From contig OZ244937.1 in NCBI GenBank assembly GCA_965222075.1, forward strand, positions 416,001 to 480,000: DNA of 64,000 bases, written 5' to 3'. Source of the stretch: Candidatus Latescibacterota bacterium (GTDB taxonomy: Bacteria > Latescibacterota > UBA2968 > GCA-2709665). The notes under the pieces are model-generated. The model searched no databases. It saw nothing but the letters and a program-made list of their open reading frames with translations, and was not told the DNA's origin. Each line of letters starts with the position of its first letter. Positions within the stretch are counted from its first letter, which is position 1. Of this stretch, positions 36,060-46,621 are shown one piece after another. Position numbers and translations under genes: made by a program.

Positions 36060-37489
36060 CAGACGATCCTGAAGTAGTCGACTAAGGTACAGCGACGCTG
36101 GCGGGTGAAGGTGCGGGCCGAGGTGCAGCCTTCACCGGTGGGTGTGGCGATGGAGAAGGAGGTGTAGCCTTCACCTCCGGCGCCCAGCCCTGCGGCCGAG
36201 GGGCCGTTTTTGATGAAGAGGGTACACCGGCACTTTCGGGCCATGATGGTCATGTGTTCGACGTTTTTGGAGTGCATGACGGCGGTGTGATGGTAGCCGT
36301 GTTCCGCCTCGACGGCCATATCGATGGCGGTGAGCGCATCGGGTGTTTGGACGATAGGCATAAAGGGCATCATCTGTTCGCGGGTGACAAAGGGGTGATC
36401 GGCCTCGACCTCGCCGATGAGGAGTTCCGTATCTGCGGGGACGCCAAGCCCGATGCGCTCGGCCAGGACCTGGGCGCCCCTGCCTACGAGTTCCCGGTTG
36501 AGGGTCCACTCCCCCTTTTCGTCGAGGGGAAAGGCCTGTTTGACCAGGGCGTCGATCCGGGCGCGGTCGAGTTCCACACAGTGGTTGGCCAGGAGGTGAC
36601 GTTTGAGTTCGGCGGCGACGGACCGGACCACAAAGGTCTCTTTTTCGCCGGTGCAGAGGATGTTGTTGTCGAAACCGGCGCCTGCGACGATGTGCCGGGC
36701 GGCCTTTTCCAGGTCGGCGGTTTCGTCCACCACCACCGGGGGATTGCCGGGACCGGCGACGATGGCGCGTTTGGGCGAGGAGAGGGCGGCCCGGGCCACG
36801 CCGGCGCCCCCGGTGACCAGGATGAGGTCTATTTTGGGATGGACAAAGAGGGCCTGTCCGGTCTGGATTGTGGGCTCCTGAACAGTGGTCATCAGGTTGG
36901 GGGGACCGCCCGCTTCGACGATGGCGCGGTTGAAGATCCGAACGCCGAGGGCCGAGACGGTTTTGGCCCCGGGGTGGGGGTTGAAGACCACGCTGTTGCC
37001 TGCGGCGATGAGGCTGATGGCGTTGTTGACGATGGTGGGCACCGGGTGCGTGGAGGGCGTGATGGCGGCGGCCACGCCGAAGGGGGCCTGTTCTACCACG
37101 GTGAGCCCGTGGTCGCCCGACCAGGCCACGGGCTGGAGGTCTTCGACGCCGGGGGTAAGCTGGGCGACGATTTCGAATTTCCGGATTTTGTGGGGTACCC
37201 GGCCCATGCCGGTCTCTTCGACGGTGCGCTGTGCGAGGCCCTTGGCGTGGGCCATGCCGGCCTGGCGAATGGCGGCGATGATGGTGCGGCGTTCCTTCAA
37301 AGAGAGCGCCTCCAAGGCCCTCTGGGCCTCGACCGCGGTCTCGACGGCCTCGTCGAGGCTTTCGAAGATGCCGTCCTCGTCCTTTGAAGGTGTGGGGGAG
37401 GAGACCCCCGCCGGGGTGGACCTCTGCGGCGCCAGGCTGCGGACCACCTCTTCCACAACGGATCGGATCCGGGCTTCGTCCAGGTTCAA
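36059..37489 (-). CDS. CoA-acylating aldehyde dehydrogenase (EutE/PduP family) with N-terminal encapsulation peptide
   Basis: IRSVVEEVVRSL, GPGNPPVVVDETAD, DNNILCTGEK, TPTGEG. Confidence 0.92.
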   Translation of the reverse strand: MNLDEARIRSVVEEVVRSLAPQRSTPAGVSSPTPSKDEDGIFESLDEAVETAVEAQRALEALSLKERRTIIAAIRQAGMAHAKGLAQRTVEETGMGRVPHKIRKFEIVAQLTPGVEDLQPVAWSGDHGLTVVEQAPFGVAAAITPSTHPVPTIVNNAISLIAAGNSVVFNPHPGAKTVSALGVRIFNRAIVEAGGPPNLMTTVQEPTIQTGQALFVHPKIDLILVTGGAGVARAALSSPKRAIVAGPGNPPVVVDETADLEKAARHIVAGAGFDNNILCTGEKETFVVRSVAAELKRHLLANHCVELDRARIDALVKQAFPLDEKGEWTLNRELVGRGAQVLAERIGLGVPADTELLIGEVEADHPFVTREQMMPFMPIVQTPDALTAIDMAVEAEHGYHHTAVMHSKNVEHMTIMARKCRCTLFIKNGPSAAGLGAGGEGYTSFSIATPTGEGCTSARTFTRQRRCTLVDYFRIV

Positions 37490-37540
37490 GGTGAAACTCC
37501 TTCCGCCCTCCGCATGCCGGTGGTGGACGGGAGAGGGGTG

Positions 37541-37834
37541 CTATCCTTTCCGGTAGACTTCCCTGCCTTCGATTTCGCAGAAATCGACGATGGCCACGAT
37601 GACGGCATCGACGGGGCGGTCTTCCGTGGCGGGGGTCATGCGCGCAGAACTACCGCTGGTGCACAGGACGATCTCGCCGGTTCCGGCCCCCACGGCGTCT
37701 ACGGCGACCAGGGCGTTTTCTCCGGCCTTCAGGGTGGGGATGTCGACACTCCGGACGATCTGGAGTTTAAAGCCGTCCAGGCCGCTGTCTTTTTGGGTGG
37801 CGACTACGGTCCCCACCACTTTTCCCATAATCAT
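37541..37834 (-). CDS. BMC pentamer, EutN/CcmL family
   Basis: MIMGKVVGTVVATQK...AVDAVGAG.GE...GSSAR. Confidence 0.92.
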   Translation of the reverse strand: MIMGKVVGTVVATQKDSGLDGFKLQIVRSVDIPTLKAGENALVAVDAVGAGTGEIVLCTSGSSARMTPATEDRPVDAVIVAIVDFCEIEGREVYRKG

Positions 37835-37850
37835 TTGATGCGCCCAGGGT

Positions 37851-38132
37851 TCAGGACGACGTTCCGATGGGGAGCACGTCTTCGAGGCTGGTGTGTGGAC
37901 GCGGAATGACGTGCACGGAGACGAGTTCGCCGATTTTGCCGGCGGCAGCGGCGCCGGCGTCGGTGGCGGCCTTAACGGCGGCCACGTCTCCCCGGACGAG
38001 GGCCGTGACGTACCCTGCGCCGATTTTTTCCCAGTTGACAAACTGGACATTGGCGGCTTTAACCATAGCGTCGGTGGCTTCGATCATGGCGACCAGACCC
38101 TTGGTTTCGATCATGCCGAGGGCTTCACCCAT
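37851..38132 (-). CDS. BMC hexamer shell protein (PduA/EutM-like)
   Basis: [10 protein letters not shown]...DAMVKAA...GDVAAVKAA...VHVIPRPH. Confidence 0.95.
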   Translation of the reverse strand: MGEALGMIETKGLVAMIEATDAMVKAANVQFVNWEKIGAGYVTALVRGDVAAVKAATDAGAAAAGKIGELVSVHVIPRPHTSLEDVLPIGTSS

Positions 38133-38211
38133 GTTGTGTATCCTCCTGATGAGGGGTTCGTGTGGTTGATATGGGGCTCCGTGATTACTATGGAAACACG
38201 CGGTTGCGCAT

Positions 38212-39606
38212 TTACCCTTCTTTTCTCCGATAGAGGGCCAGCCGGTAGGGTTCGTCCGCATCAAATGTCCGCACCCGTTCGTAGCCTTTCTGAAACCAGG
38301 CCGCCGAGGCGATCGGATCTTCAAAGGAAGTCCAGAGCGGATCGTGCAGCAGCACGTAGTCGGGCCGGTAGGTCCGAATCGGCCAGGCGATATCGCCGGA
38401 GGCCATGTGGGGGCCCACGCCCGGCGTGATCAACCCGCAGACGTCTACCACCCGGCGGTTGCTGTAATAGCCTACGATGCCGATCTCCACCAGGCCGACC
38501 GAGGCCCCCTGCGGCGTTTCCGAAGCCAGCCACTTTCCAACGGTTCGGTAGGCCGGATGCCGGGGTTCCGGTTGCTCCCCGATCTCCCGGAGCGTGGGAA
38601 CCAGGAGGGCGACCAGCAGGGGGAAGAGCACCCCGGCAACCACCCACCCACGGCGCCAGGCCGGCCATTGCGCCACGATCAGATCGGTAAGATGCACCAC
38701 GCCCAGCCCCGATACCATCATCAGCGCCGGCACCATCCCGGCGTAGTAATTGAAGCCTTCGGGGATGCCCATTGCGGTATAGGCGGCACACACCAGCCCT
38801 GCCCACCCCACGATCAGATAGATGCGCCGGTCGATTTCAAACAGCTTCGCGCATCCCAGTACCCCCACGACCCCGAACCAGAGGTAGAGGGGGGTCTGCT
38901 TCAGGTAGAGGTAGCCGACCCGCAGCGCCCCATACCAGTAGGGCCGCCAGAGCCCGCTTTCTCCCATCGCCCGCTTGACGGCCAGCGTATTGGGGAAGGG
39001 CGCTCCGAACGTCCAGATCGCGTAGGCCGCCCATCCACCGACGACCGCTCCGTAGATCAGCAGGGGCATCCAGGCCCGATGCCTGTGTTTCCAGACCTCG
39101 TAAGACAGGATCAATCCGGCCGGCACCAGGCCGTCTCCCCGGGTCAGCGTGCCCAGCGCAAGCAGGAACGCGGCCAGGTTCGGGCGATCCGAAAAGGCGG
39201 CCGCATAGGCCCCCAGGATGAACGCGAGAAAGAGGTTGAGCTCAAACCCGAGGGCGTCTCCCAGGAGGGGATTGAGCACCACCAGGACCGCAGCGATCCC
39301 ACCTGCGGTGGCCTCTTTAAAGGCGGCCAGGATGCGGTAGACAAGCAGGCTGCATACCCCCAGGGCGATTCCGCTTACCGTGCTGCTCAGGAGGGGGTAA
39401 TTGTCCGACAGCCGTCCCAACAGGGCCAGCAGCAGGGCGTAGAGCGGTGCGGTGGTTCCCAGGACCTGCTCACCCGGATTGTAGAGAAACCCCCTCCCTT
39501 CGGCGAGGTTGCGGGCATAGCGGTAAGTGATAAAGGGATCGTCCATCTGCACCCGGTGGTAGCAGATCACCATCGGGGGCGTCAACGCCAGGACCAGAAG
39601 CAGCAC
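38212..39606 (-). CDS. Polytopic GT-C-like membrane protein (start uncertain)
   Basis: [28 protein letters not shown]. Many TM segments. Confidence 0.75.
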   Translation of the reverse strand: MLLLVLALTPPMVICYHRVQMDDPFITYRYARNLAEGRGFLYNPGEQVLGTTAPLYALLLALLGRLSDNYPLLSSTVSGIALGVCSLLVYRILAAFKEATAGGIAAVLVVLNPLLGDALGFELNLFLAFILGAYAAAFSDRPNLAAFLLALGTLTRGDGLVPAGLILSYEVWKHRHRAWMPLLIYGAVVGGWAAYAIWTFGAPFPNTLAVKRAMGESGLWRPYWYGALRVGYLYLKQTPLYLWFGVVGVLGCAKLFEIDRRIYLIVGWAGLVCAAYTAMGIPEGFNYYAGMVPALMMVSGLGVVHLTDLIVAQWPAWRRGWVVAGVLFPLLVALLVPTLREIGEQPEPRHPAYRTVGKWLASETPQGASVGLVEIGIVGYYSNRRVVDVCGLITPGVGPHMASGDIAWPIRTYRPDYVLLHDPLWTSFEDPIASAAWFQKGYERVRTFDADEPYRLALYRRKEG

Positions 39607-39672
39607 CCGGATGTTGAGCGAGTCGAGGAAGCGAATGGAGGCTAACCCTTTCGGTAGTGCCGTTTCACAGGC

Positions 39673-40389
39673 TTAGACTTCAATCCGGACGGTGTCGCTG
39701 CAGACGAGGTCGGCGGCGTTGGCGTCGTCGGTGTCGAGGTGGAGTTCCGGGATGAAACTGTCGTCGATTTTCAGGCGGACGTTTTCAAAGATGAGGCCTT
39801 TCTCGCCCCCCACGCGCACCCGGACAGCCTGGCGCCCCTCCAGCTCCAGGCGGGCGATGTCGGAGGGGCTGAAGTGGATATGTCGGGCCGCGCGGATGGC
39901 AACGGGCTGCGTGATCGCCCCCCCGGGTCCAACCAGCGTGATGGGCTGCGCCCCTTTGAGGTCTCCGGAATTCCGAATAGGGGGATCAAGGCCGAGGCCG
40001 ATGGCGTCGGTGCGCGCCAGTTCCACCTGGGTGTAGCCGCGCATCGGACCCAGGATGCGGACCCGTTCAATGGCGCGGAGCCGGGGACCGACCACCGAGA
40101 CGGTCTCTTTGGCCGCATAGGCCCCGGGCTGGTAGAGGTCCCTGCAGGGGGTCAGTTCAGATCCGGGACCGAAGAGGACATCCATGGCATCGCGGTTGAG
40201 GTGACAGTGCCGGGCGGAGACACCAGCGGGGATCGGAATCCCCCCGCGCCTCCCTTCCCAAACGCGGCGGACCACCTCCTGGACGATCTGATCGATGGGG
40301 AGAGACCCGTTGCCCGGTATGGGGGACTGCCCGCGCTTGCAGAGGCGGCAGTCGGCACACTCAGAGGCAGGTTTGAAGCACTGGGCCAT
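39673..40389 (-). CDS. pduL: Phosphate propanoyltransferase (PduL)
   Basis: GVSARHCHL, TQVELARTD, ARHIHF, ELHLDTDDANAA. Confidence 0.92.
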   Translation of the reverse strand: MAQCFKPASECADCRLCKRGQSPIPGNGSLPIDQIVQEVVRRVWEGRRGGIPIPAGVSARHCHLNRDAMDVLFGPGSELTPCRDLYQPGAYAAKETVSVVGPRLRAIERVRILGPMRGYTQVELARTDAIGLGLDPPIRNSGDLKGAQPITLVGPGGAITQPVAIRAARHIHFSPSDIARLELEGRQAVRVRVGGEKGLIFENVRLKIDDSFIPELHLDTDDANAADLVCSDTVRIEV

Positions 40390-40440
40390 AGTATGCGATC
40401 CGGAGACTGAGAAAGGGGATGGTCTCGCCTGCAAGGTGCG

Positions 40441-40469
40441 AAAATAGCAGGTTGCCGGGGCAAAGTCAA
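40441..40469 (-). promoter_or_regulatory. Putative promoter for the BMC operon
   Basis: Minus strand TTGACT-N17-TATTTT with extended TG. Confidence 0.5.
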
Positions 40470-40522
40470 GGGATTTCAGATGGTGTGGGGGGTGGAGGGC
40501 AGATACACAGGTCTGCCCCTAC

Positions 40523-40550
40523 TTGACAATTCGTCCGGTTGTCGTATAAT
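40523..40550 (+). promoter_or_regulatory. Consensus sigma70 promoter for the polysaccharide locus
   Basis: TTGACA-N16-TATAAT. Confidence 0.7.
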
Positions 40551-40626
40551 AGCGCTGGTAGACGGACTGCCGTCTGCCCGCCCGTCAGATGCCCGAATGG
40601 AACCCACCTGCCTATCGGATCCCGAT

Positions 40627-42330
40627 GTGAAACGCTTACTTCTGTTTTTTCCCTGTCTTGTCTTCCTCGTCTCCGCTGTTTCCGCCGATGATCCCACCTC
40701 CGATGTGCCGCTTTCACACAGGATCTACCAGACCGTTGACCGCTTTGAGGCCCGGGGCTGGTTCGACGAGCCCGTCTCCGGCGTCCGCCCCTACACGCGG
40801 CGTCAGGCGGCCCGGTTTCTGCTTCGGATTCTGCGACGTGCGGATTCCGGCGCCTCCCTGTCGCAGACCGAGCGCGGGGTGCTGGACAGGCACCGGGCCG
40901 AATTTGGGGTGGAACTGGCCAGGCTGGGGTATGCGTCGGCGTCTTCGTCTCCGAAACGGGGGATGGTGGGGCGGCTCTTTGGGGGAGACAACCTTTTCGC
41001 CTGGCAGGACTCGGTTGCGACCGTTGCGATCGATCCGCTGTTTCGGCAGCGCCTGCTCCTGGTGCGGGGGGGGGGACGCACCGCTGAGACCGTTTCGCAG
41101 ACCTATGTCGGCGGGATCGTGCGGGGGACCTTCCACAACCGCCTGGGGTTCCGAATCCGCCACTTCGAGGCCAGAGAGTGGAGCACCCGGATGCGCACCT
41201 CCCGGGGGGACGTGGTCGCGCGGCCGATCGAAGATGTGCAGCTGAAAGGCAAGACCGTGGATTTCCGGGAGGCGGCTTTCCAGCTGATCTGGGCGGCGCC
41301 CTGGTTCAACTTAGACATCGGCAAGGGCAGCTTAGACTGGGGGCCGGGCAGGACGGGCAACCTGTTTTTGACGGACTACGCGCCGCCCTTTGGCCTGGTC
41401 CGTCTGAGGGCGTCTTACGGCCGGGTCGTCTTCACCCACGTTGTGGGATTGCTCAGGGCGCGTGCCGGGCTGATCGACAGTACCCGCACCCGCATTGACA
41501 ACGGGCACGTGCGCACCTTCCTGCGGTCCAAACATCTGGCCGCCCACCGGGTGGAGATCGCGCTTTCCGGACGGGTCTCCCTGGGCCTGCAGGAGGCGGT
41601 CGTCTACGGCGACAGGCGGCCGGAATTCCTCTACCTTCCCCCTGCGACGGTGCTCACCGCCGCTCAGACGTACATCGGCGATCGGGACAACTTAATGGTG
41701 GGCCTGGACCTGTCAGCGCGTCCAGCCCGCAACCTCAGGGCCTATTTCGCCCTCTTTTTCGACGACCTGAAGAAGTTCAGCCCCGGCGCCTTTTCCAATA
41801 AATTCGCATTCCAGGTCGGTTTCCTGTGGGTCGATCCATTCGGTCTGCCCGACACCGATCTGCAGATGGAGTACATTCGTTTAGAGCCCTTTGTGTATTC
41901 ACACCATTTTGACATCAATACCCACGAACACTTCGACGCCCTGCTGGGCTATCCCTCAGGGCCGAATGCGGACCGCATCTTCGGTTCTGTCACCCACCGG
42001 TTTTCGCCGGCCCTGTCGCTTAGAGTTGCGCTGGACCGGGAGCGGCAGGGGGAGAATATCCTCAACCCGGACGGTTCGCTTGTCAATGTTGGGGGCGATG
42101 CCGAGCAGGGCCAGCGCCCGTTAGACCCCCTGACGAAGCGGTTTATGGACGGCATCCGGGAGACCCGCACCCGGCTGGGGGTCGGGATTGCGTATGAACC
42201 GCTCCGGGACCTGCTTTTCACCTTACAGTATCAAGCAACCGCCGCGGGGAACGTTCTGCTGCCGGGGGGAAACCGGGGAAACGGACGCATCCACATCTGG
42301 ACGATGACGGCGGATTTCAACTTTTTTTAG
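40627..42330 (+). CDS. Capsule assembly Wzi family outer membrane protein
   Basis: Signal peptide, DWGPG, HLAAHRVE, LGYPSGPNAD, terminal F. Confidence 0.75.
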   Translation: MKRLLLFFPCLVFLVSAVSADDPTSDVPLSHRIYQTVDRFEARGWFDEPVSGVRPYTRRQAARFLLRILRRADSGASLSQTERGVLDRHRAEFGVELARLGYASASSSPKRGMVGRLFGGDNLFAWQDSVATVAIDPLFRQRLLLVRGGGRTAETVSQTYVGGIVRGTFHNRLGFRIRHFEAREWSTRMRTSRGDVVARPIEDVQLKGKTVDFREAAFQLIWAAPWFNLDIGKGSLDWGPGRTGNLFLTDYAPPFGLVRLRASYGRVVFTHVVGLLRARAGLIDSTRTRIDNGHVRTFLRSKHLAAHRVEIALSGRVSLGLQEAVVYGDRRPEFLYLPPATVLTAAQTYIGDRDNLMVGLDLSARPARNLRAYFALFFDDLKKFSPGAFSNKFAFQVGFLWVDPFGLPDTDLQMEYIRLEPFVYSHHFDINTHEHFDALLGYPSGPNADRIFGSVTHRFSPALSLRVALDRERQGENILNPDGSLVNVGGDAEQGQRPLDPLTKRFMDGIRETRTRLGVGIAYEPLRDLLFTLQYQATAAGNVLLPGGNRGNGRIHIWTMTADFNFF

Positions 42331-42344
42331 CGAGAGGCAGCGGT

Positions 42345-43532
42345 ATGCGTGGAGAAGCAGGGGCGGTGCGCCGGGCGCTTCTGGGCCTGTTGGTGCTGGC
42401 GCTGGCCCTGCGGGTCGGGTTTGGCCTGACGCGCGAGGGGCTGACGGCCGCTTCGGACGAGCGGAACTGGGACGGCGTGGCCCGGGCGTTTCTGGTGTCG
42501 GGCGTCCTGCATCCCGGGACTTACTGGCCGCCCCTGTACCCGCTGATGTTGGCCGGGATCTATCGGGCCGCCGGACACGATCCGGGTACTGTGCGGCTGT
42601 GGCAGGCGCTTTTGGGAACGATCACGTGTATGCTCCTTTACGGGATCGGTCGGCGGATTGGAGGCGCACGGGTCGGGCTGGTTGCAGCGGGCCTGGGGGC
42701 GGTCTATCCGCTGTTTGTCTTCTTTTCAGGGGTGCTGATGGCGGAGACTCTGCTGGTTTTTTTGACGGCGGCAGCCCTGCTGCTGGCATTGCGGTTTGAG
42801 ACGGCATGTTCGACCGCACAGGCCGCTGCGCTGGGGGCTGTGCTGGGGCTGGGGGCGCTTTGCAAGCCGGTGGTGCTGGCCTGGGCGCTCCTGCTGCTGT
42901 GGGGATGGTGGCGCCGGTGCGGGCTGTCCCTGGGGCAGCGGGGCGCGCGCGTGGCGGCCGTTGTGGGGACGATGGGGCTTGTGGTTGCCCCCTGGACGGT
43001 GCGCAACGCCCTGGTGACCGGCTTTTTTGTGCCGATTTCGTCGAATCTGGGGATGAATTTGATGGTTGGAAACGAGCCGGGGGCGAATGGGCGCTACCAG
43101 AATGACGTGGATTACATCGCGATGTTCGACCGGCTGACCGGGTCGGGGCACCCGGTGGCCAGAGACCGCAGGGCGGTTCGGGAGGCGCTGGGGTGGGTGG
43201 CCGAGGCGCCGGCCCGTTTTACCGGGCTGGTGTTTCGCAAACTCGCCTGGTTCTGGAGCCCGCTGGCCCCGGACGAGCCGGCCCACCGGAACTGGGTGGC
43301 CCTCTTTTCGAGCGGCCCCCTGCTGGTCCTGGGCCTTTTGGGGACGATCAGGCTGCGGGGCCGCCCGGAGGCCTGGGCTGTGGGATCTCTGCTGCTGGGG
43401 CTGTCGCTGGTCCATGCGCTCTTTTTTGCCCACACCCGGTTCCGTTTGCCGATCGACGCGGCGCTGATGGGGCCAGCGGCATGGGTGCTGGTGCGGGGTT
43501 GGGACGGGTGGAGGCGGCGCGTAAGGATGTAA
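42345..43532 (+). CDS. GT39/ArnT-like membrane glycosyltransferase
   Basis: SDE, PPLYP, LMAET, LCKP, PWTVRN, RFRLP. Confidence 0.8.
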   Translation: MRGEAGAVRRALLGLLVLALALRVGFGLTREGLTAASDERNWDGVARAFLVSGVLHPGTYWPPLYPLMLAGIYRAAGHDPGTVRLWQALLGTITCMLLYGIGRRIGGARVGLVAAGLGAVYPLFVFFSGVLMAETLLVFLTAAALLLALRFETACSTAQAAALGAVLGLGALCKPVVLAWALLLLWGWWRRCGLSLGQRGARVAAVVGTMGLVVAPWTVRNALVTGFFVPISSNLGMNLMVGNEPGANGRYQNDVDYIAMFDRLTGSGHPVARDRRAVREALGWVAEAPARFTGLVFRKLAWFWSPLAPDEPAHRNWVALFSSGPLLVLGLLGTIRLRGRPEAWAVGSLLLGLSLVHALFFAHTRFRLPIDAALMGPAAWVLVRGWDGWRRRVRM

Positions 43533-43557
43533 AATCGATAACATAAGGAGTTGCAGC

Positions 43558-45228
43558 TTGCAGCTTGCACATTGCAAATGGACCTCCCCCCTGGTCCCCC
43601 TCCCACGAGGCGCGTTCGTTTTTGCGCTGGCCGTCTGCTGGTCGATTCTGGGGCTGGGGGTGCTGTCGCAGTTTTCCGCGGGGTCTGTCCTGGACGACGC
43701 TTTTATGTTTGTGCGATATGCAGACCGCGTGCTTTCAGAGGGCAGGGTGGCGTGGAATCCCGGGGGCGAGGCGACCTACGGGCCCACGTCCTGTCTGTAT
43801 CTGGGCGTTGTTCTGGGGGTGCGAATTTTCGCACCGGACAATGCCGCTTTCACCGCCGGACTGTCCAGCCTCACCGCCGGAATCTGCTTCCTGTGCTTGC
43901 TGGTCGGCCTTTTCAGGCGGTATACGGACGCCCCTCCTGCGGGGGAGCGCCTTTTGATTTTGGCGGCGTTTTTTTCCATAGCGGCTTCGGCGCACGATAC
44001 AGCCAGCCATTTTGTCAGCGGTATGGACACGACTTTTGCGCTGGTCTTTCTGACGGCCTATATCCGGATTGGAAAATGGCACGAATGCACACGGAGCAGG
44101 GCAGGGGCCCTGTGGATGGGGCTGTGGGGCGGGCTGGCCTTTTTTGCCAGGCCCGATTTGCTGATTTATTCGTTTCTTGTGCCTGCTTCTATGGTCGTCT
44201 TTGGGTCGGATTCCAGGATGGTGCGGCATGGGGTGTGGATTCTGGGGCTTACGGCCGCGGCGATCGGCGGGCAGGTCTGGTTTGCTTCGGCCTATTTCAA
44301 CTCCCCGCTTCCCCTGTCGTTTTACGCAAAGGGGCTGTGGCTTTACAGCGATTTTCTGGTTGAGCAGTACCGGCTGGTCCCGCTTGTGGAAGGGCTGTCC
44401 TACCTGGCGTCCTACTGGTATCTGTTTCTGATTGTTGGCGCGGATCTCGCGTTCAACTTTGGCGCGTGGCGGTGCCGGGTTTCTGCGGTTGACAAGGGGC
44501 TGCTTGTGGCCACCTGTCTGTTTCTCCTGTATTATCTGTTGTTTGTCTTGCAGATTATGCCCTCGCCCCAGCGGTTTTACTATCCGACCCTTCCTGCGCT
44601 GCTTTTCCTGGCCGCACAAGGCGCTGTGAGGCTGGTGGAGAGGATACCCGACGCCATTCGACGGGAGGTTTCGGGTAGTTCCAAATCGGTTCGCATCTTT
44701 GCGGCGTTCCTGCTGCTGGGGTGTCTCTTCCCAAGCGCGTTATCGGTATCCAGGGCCGTGGGCTCACAGATTTACAGGGGAAATCTGTTGAATTTTGATA
44801 TATTTGACAGTTATAAGAAGCGGTTGTCTACCTACTGGTTCGGGCTGGATGCATTTTCGCGTTTGCCCGACGATCTGGTGATTGCAACCACAGAGGTGGG
44901 GCGCCCTGCGGCGATGAATCCGGAAAAGCGGATTGTGGATCTCACCGGTTTGAATGAGGCGCGTTTTGCTCACGCAGGGTTTTCCGCAGATCGGCTTTTT
45001 CAGACCTACCGCCCGGATTTGATTTATATGCCGCATCCCCATTACAAGGGGATGATCGAACAGATTGCCAACCATCCCCATTTTGTGGAACACTACGAGC
45101 ATTTTTCCGCATCCGCGCTGGGGGCGGTGATGGGGGTGGCGCTGTGGCGAGACAGCGAATATTTCTCTCGTATGCACGATATTGTAAAGGGCAGGATAAC
45201 GGATGGCTGTGCGGACCAAAATCCTTGA
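43558..45228 (+). CDS. Polytopic GT-C-like membrane protein
   Basis: DDAFMFVRYA, SGMDT, ARPD, PLSFYAK, DLTGLN. Confidence 0.75.
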   Translation: MQLAHCKWTSPLVPLPRGAFVFALAVCWSILGLGVLSQFSAGSVLDDAFMFVRYADRVLSEGRVAWNPGGEATYGPTSCLYLGVVLGVRIFAPDNAAFTAGLSSLTAGICFLCLLVGLFRRYTDAPPAGERLLILAAFFSIAASAHDTASHFVSGMDTTFALVFLTAYIRIGKWHECTRSRAGALWMGLWGGLAFFARPDLLIYSFLVPASMVVFGSDSRMVRHGVWILGLTAAAIGGQVWFASAYFNSPLPLSFYAKGLWLYSDFLVEQYRLVPLVEGLSYLASYWYLFLIVGADLAFNFGAWRCRVSAVDKGLLVATCLFLLYYLLFVLQIMPSPQRFYYPTLPALLFLAAQGAVRLVERIPDAIRREVSGSSKSVRIFAAFLLLGCLFPSALSVSRAVGSQIYRGNLLNFDIFDSYKKRLSTYWFGLDAFSRLPDDLVIATTEVGRPAAMNPEKRIVDLTGLNEARFAHAGFSADRLFQTYRPDLIYMPHPHYKGMIEQIANHPHFVEHYEHFSASALGAVMGVALWRDSEYFSRMHDIVKGRITDGCADQNP

Positions 45229-46621
45229 GCTTCATCCCTCCAACCGGCCGCTGCTCACAGCGGTCTGTCTGGGGCAGGCCGGGCTGATTGTTCTGTCCTT
45301 TTTGCGCTACGGCGAGACGGGGCCGCTGCTTATGGTGCTGGTCCTCTTTTCGGTTGTGGCGCTGGTGGGATCTGTGACCCTGGCGGTGTTTTACCTCTGT
45401 TTGATTTCGGCCGTGATCCCCACTCAGTTTTTTGACGACCGCCTGCTGCTGCCGCTCGATTTCAAGTTTTACGAAGGGCTGTTTATGGTCGTGTGCGGCG
45501 TGGCGGTGCTCTGGTGGCTGCAGGGGCGGTGGCTGTTGTGGGAACGCCCCACCCGGTTCGACCGGCCTGTGCTGGTCTTTCTGGGCTTGCTGGTGGCCTC
45601 GATGGGGCTGGGGCTGTATTACGGTCAGTCGGTGTCGCAGATGCTTCGGGATGTGCGTTTTCCGCTTTATTACGTCCTCTTTTTTGTGGTGACCGGTTTT
45701 TTTGACCTTCGCAAGGGTCGGACGTTTCTCTCATTGGTGGTGGTCTGTGCGGTGGTTGTGGGGGTGGAATACTTAGCCGAGTTCTTAGAGGTGGTCAACC
45801 TCTCGATTTCAGGGTCTTTTTACCGGGTGGCCCGGACCGAGGGCCTGATGCTGCCGATCAGCATCCTGGTGTGCGCGGCGGGCCTGCTGTACGACCCTTC
45901 GCCGGTTCGACGGACGCTGTTCAGCCTGGCGCTGATTCCGATCGGCCTGGCCTTCGTGCTGACCATGGGACGCGGCATGTGGATCGCCTTCTTTGCAGGG
46001 CTTATCTTGATGAGCGGGCTGGTGATTCTGGACCGGCAGGCGGGTGGGCGCCGGGGGCGGCGGATTCTGATCCTGATCCTGCTGCCCCTGCTGGTGGCGG
46101 GGATGGGCTACCTCTTTCAACGGGCGACCGGCACAGGCGTGGGAGAGATGGCCCTCAAAAGGGTGAGGCGTGTGGTGTATTACCAGGAGGATACCACGAT
46201 TCTGGGCCGGTTCCTCTCCTATGGGATCGCCCTGGAGAAGATCCGGCAGCGCCCCCTGCTGGGCGGGGGACACGGGGCGACGGTGACCTATCCGATCACC
46301 GACCAGGGCGAGCCTTTTATGCAGACCGTAGGGAAGGTGGACAACCTCTACCTGACGCTGCTGCTGCGCATGGGGGTTGTGGGGTTGGCGGCCTTTCTCT
46401 GGATTTTCATCCGGGGGCTGCGGACCGCTTACGGGCTGTTTCAGCGGACGGGAGACGTTTGGGTGAAACAGTTTTGTGCAGGCTTTTTTGCGGTTTACGG
46501 GGCGATGCTGGTCTACGGGATGGCCGATGCCACGCTGATCGGCAACCGGCTGATCTTTTTCCATGCAACCTTCCTGGGCATCCTGGCCCGGTTGGACAGG
46601 GAGGCAGGAGATGGCGCATGA
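45203..46621 (+). CDS. O-antigen ligase/Wzy polymerase family protein
   Basis: Multi-TM, TMGRG, PLLGGG.G, DNLYL..LLRMG. Confidence 0.8.
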   Translation: MAVRTKILELHPSNRPLLTAVCLGQAGLIVLSFLRYGETGPLLMVLVLFSVVALVGSVTLAVFYLCLISAVIPTQFFDDRLLLPLDFKFYEGLFMVVCGVAVLWWLQGRWLLWERPTRFDRPVLVFLGLLVASMGLGLYYGQSVSQMLRDVRFPLYYVLFFVVTGFFDLRKGRTFLSLVVVCAVVVGVEYLAEFLEVVNLSISGSFYRVARTEGLMLPISILVCAAGLLYDPSPVRRTLFSLALIPIGLAFVLTMGRGMWIAFFAGLILMSGLVILDRQAGGRRGRRILILILLPLLVAGMGYLFQRATGTGVGEMALKRVRRVVYYQEDTTILGRFLSYGIALEKIRQRPLLGGGHGATVTYPITDQGEPFMQTVGKVDNLYLTLLLRMGVVGLAAFLWIFIRGLRTAYGLFQRTGDVWVKQFCAGFFAVYGAMLVYGMADATLIGNRLIFFHATFLGILARLDREAGDGA

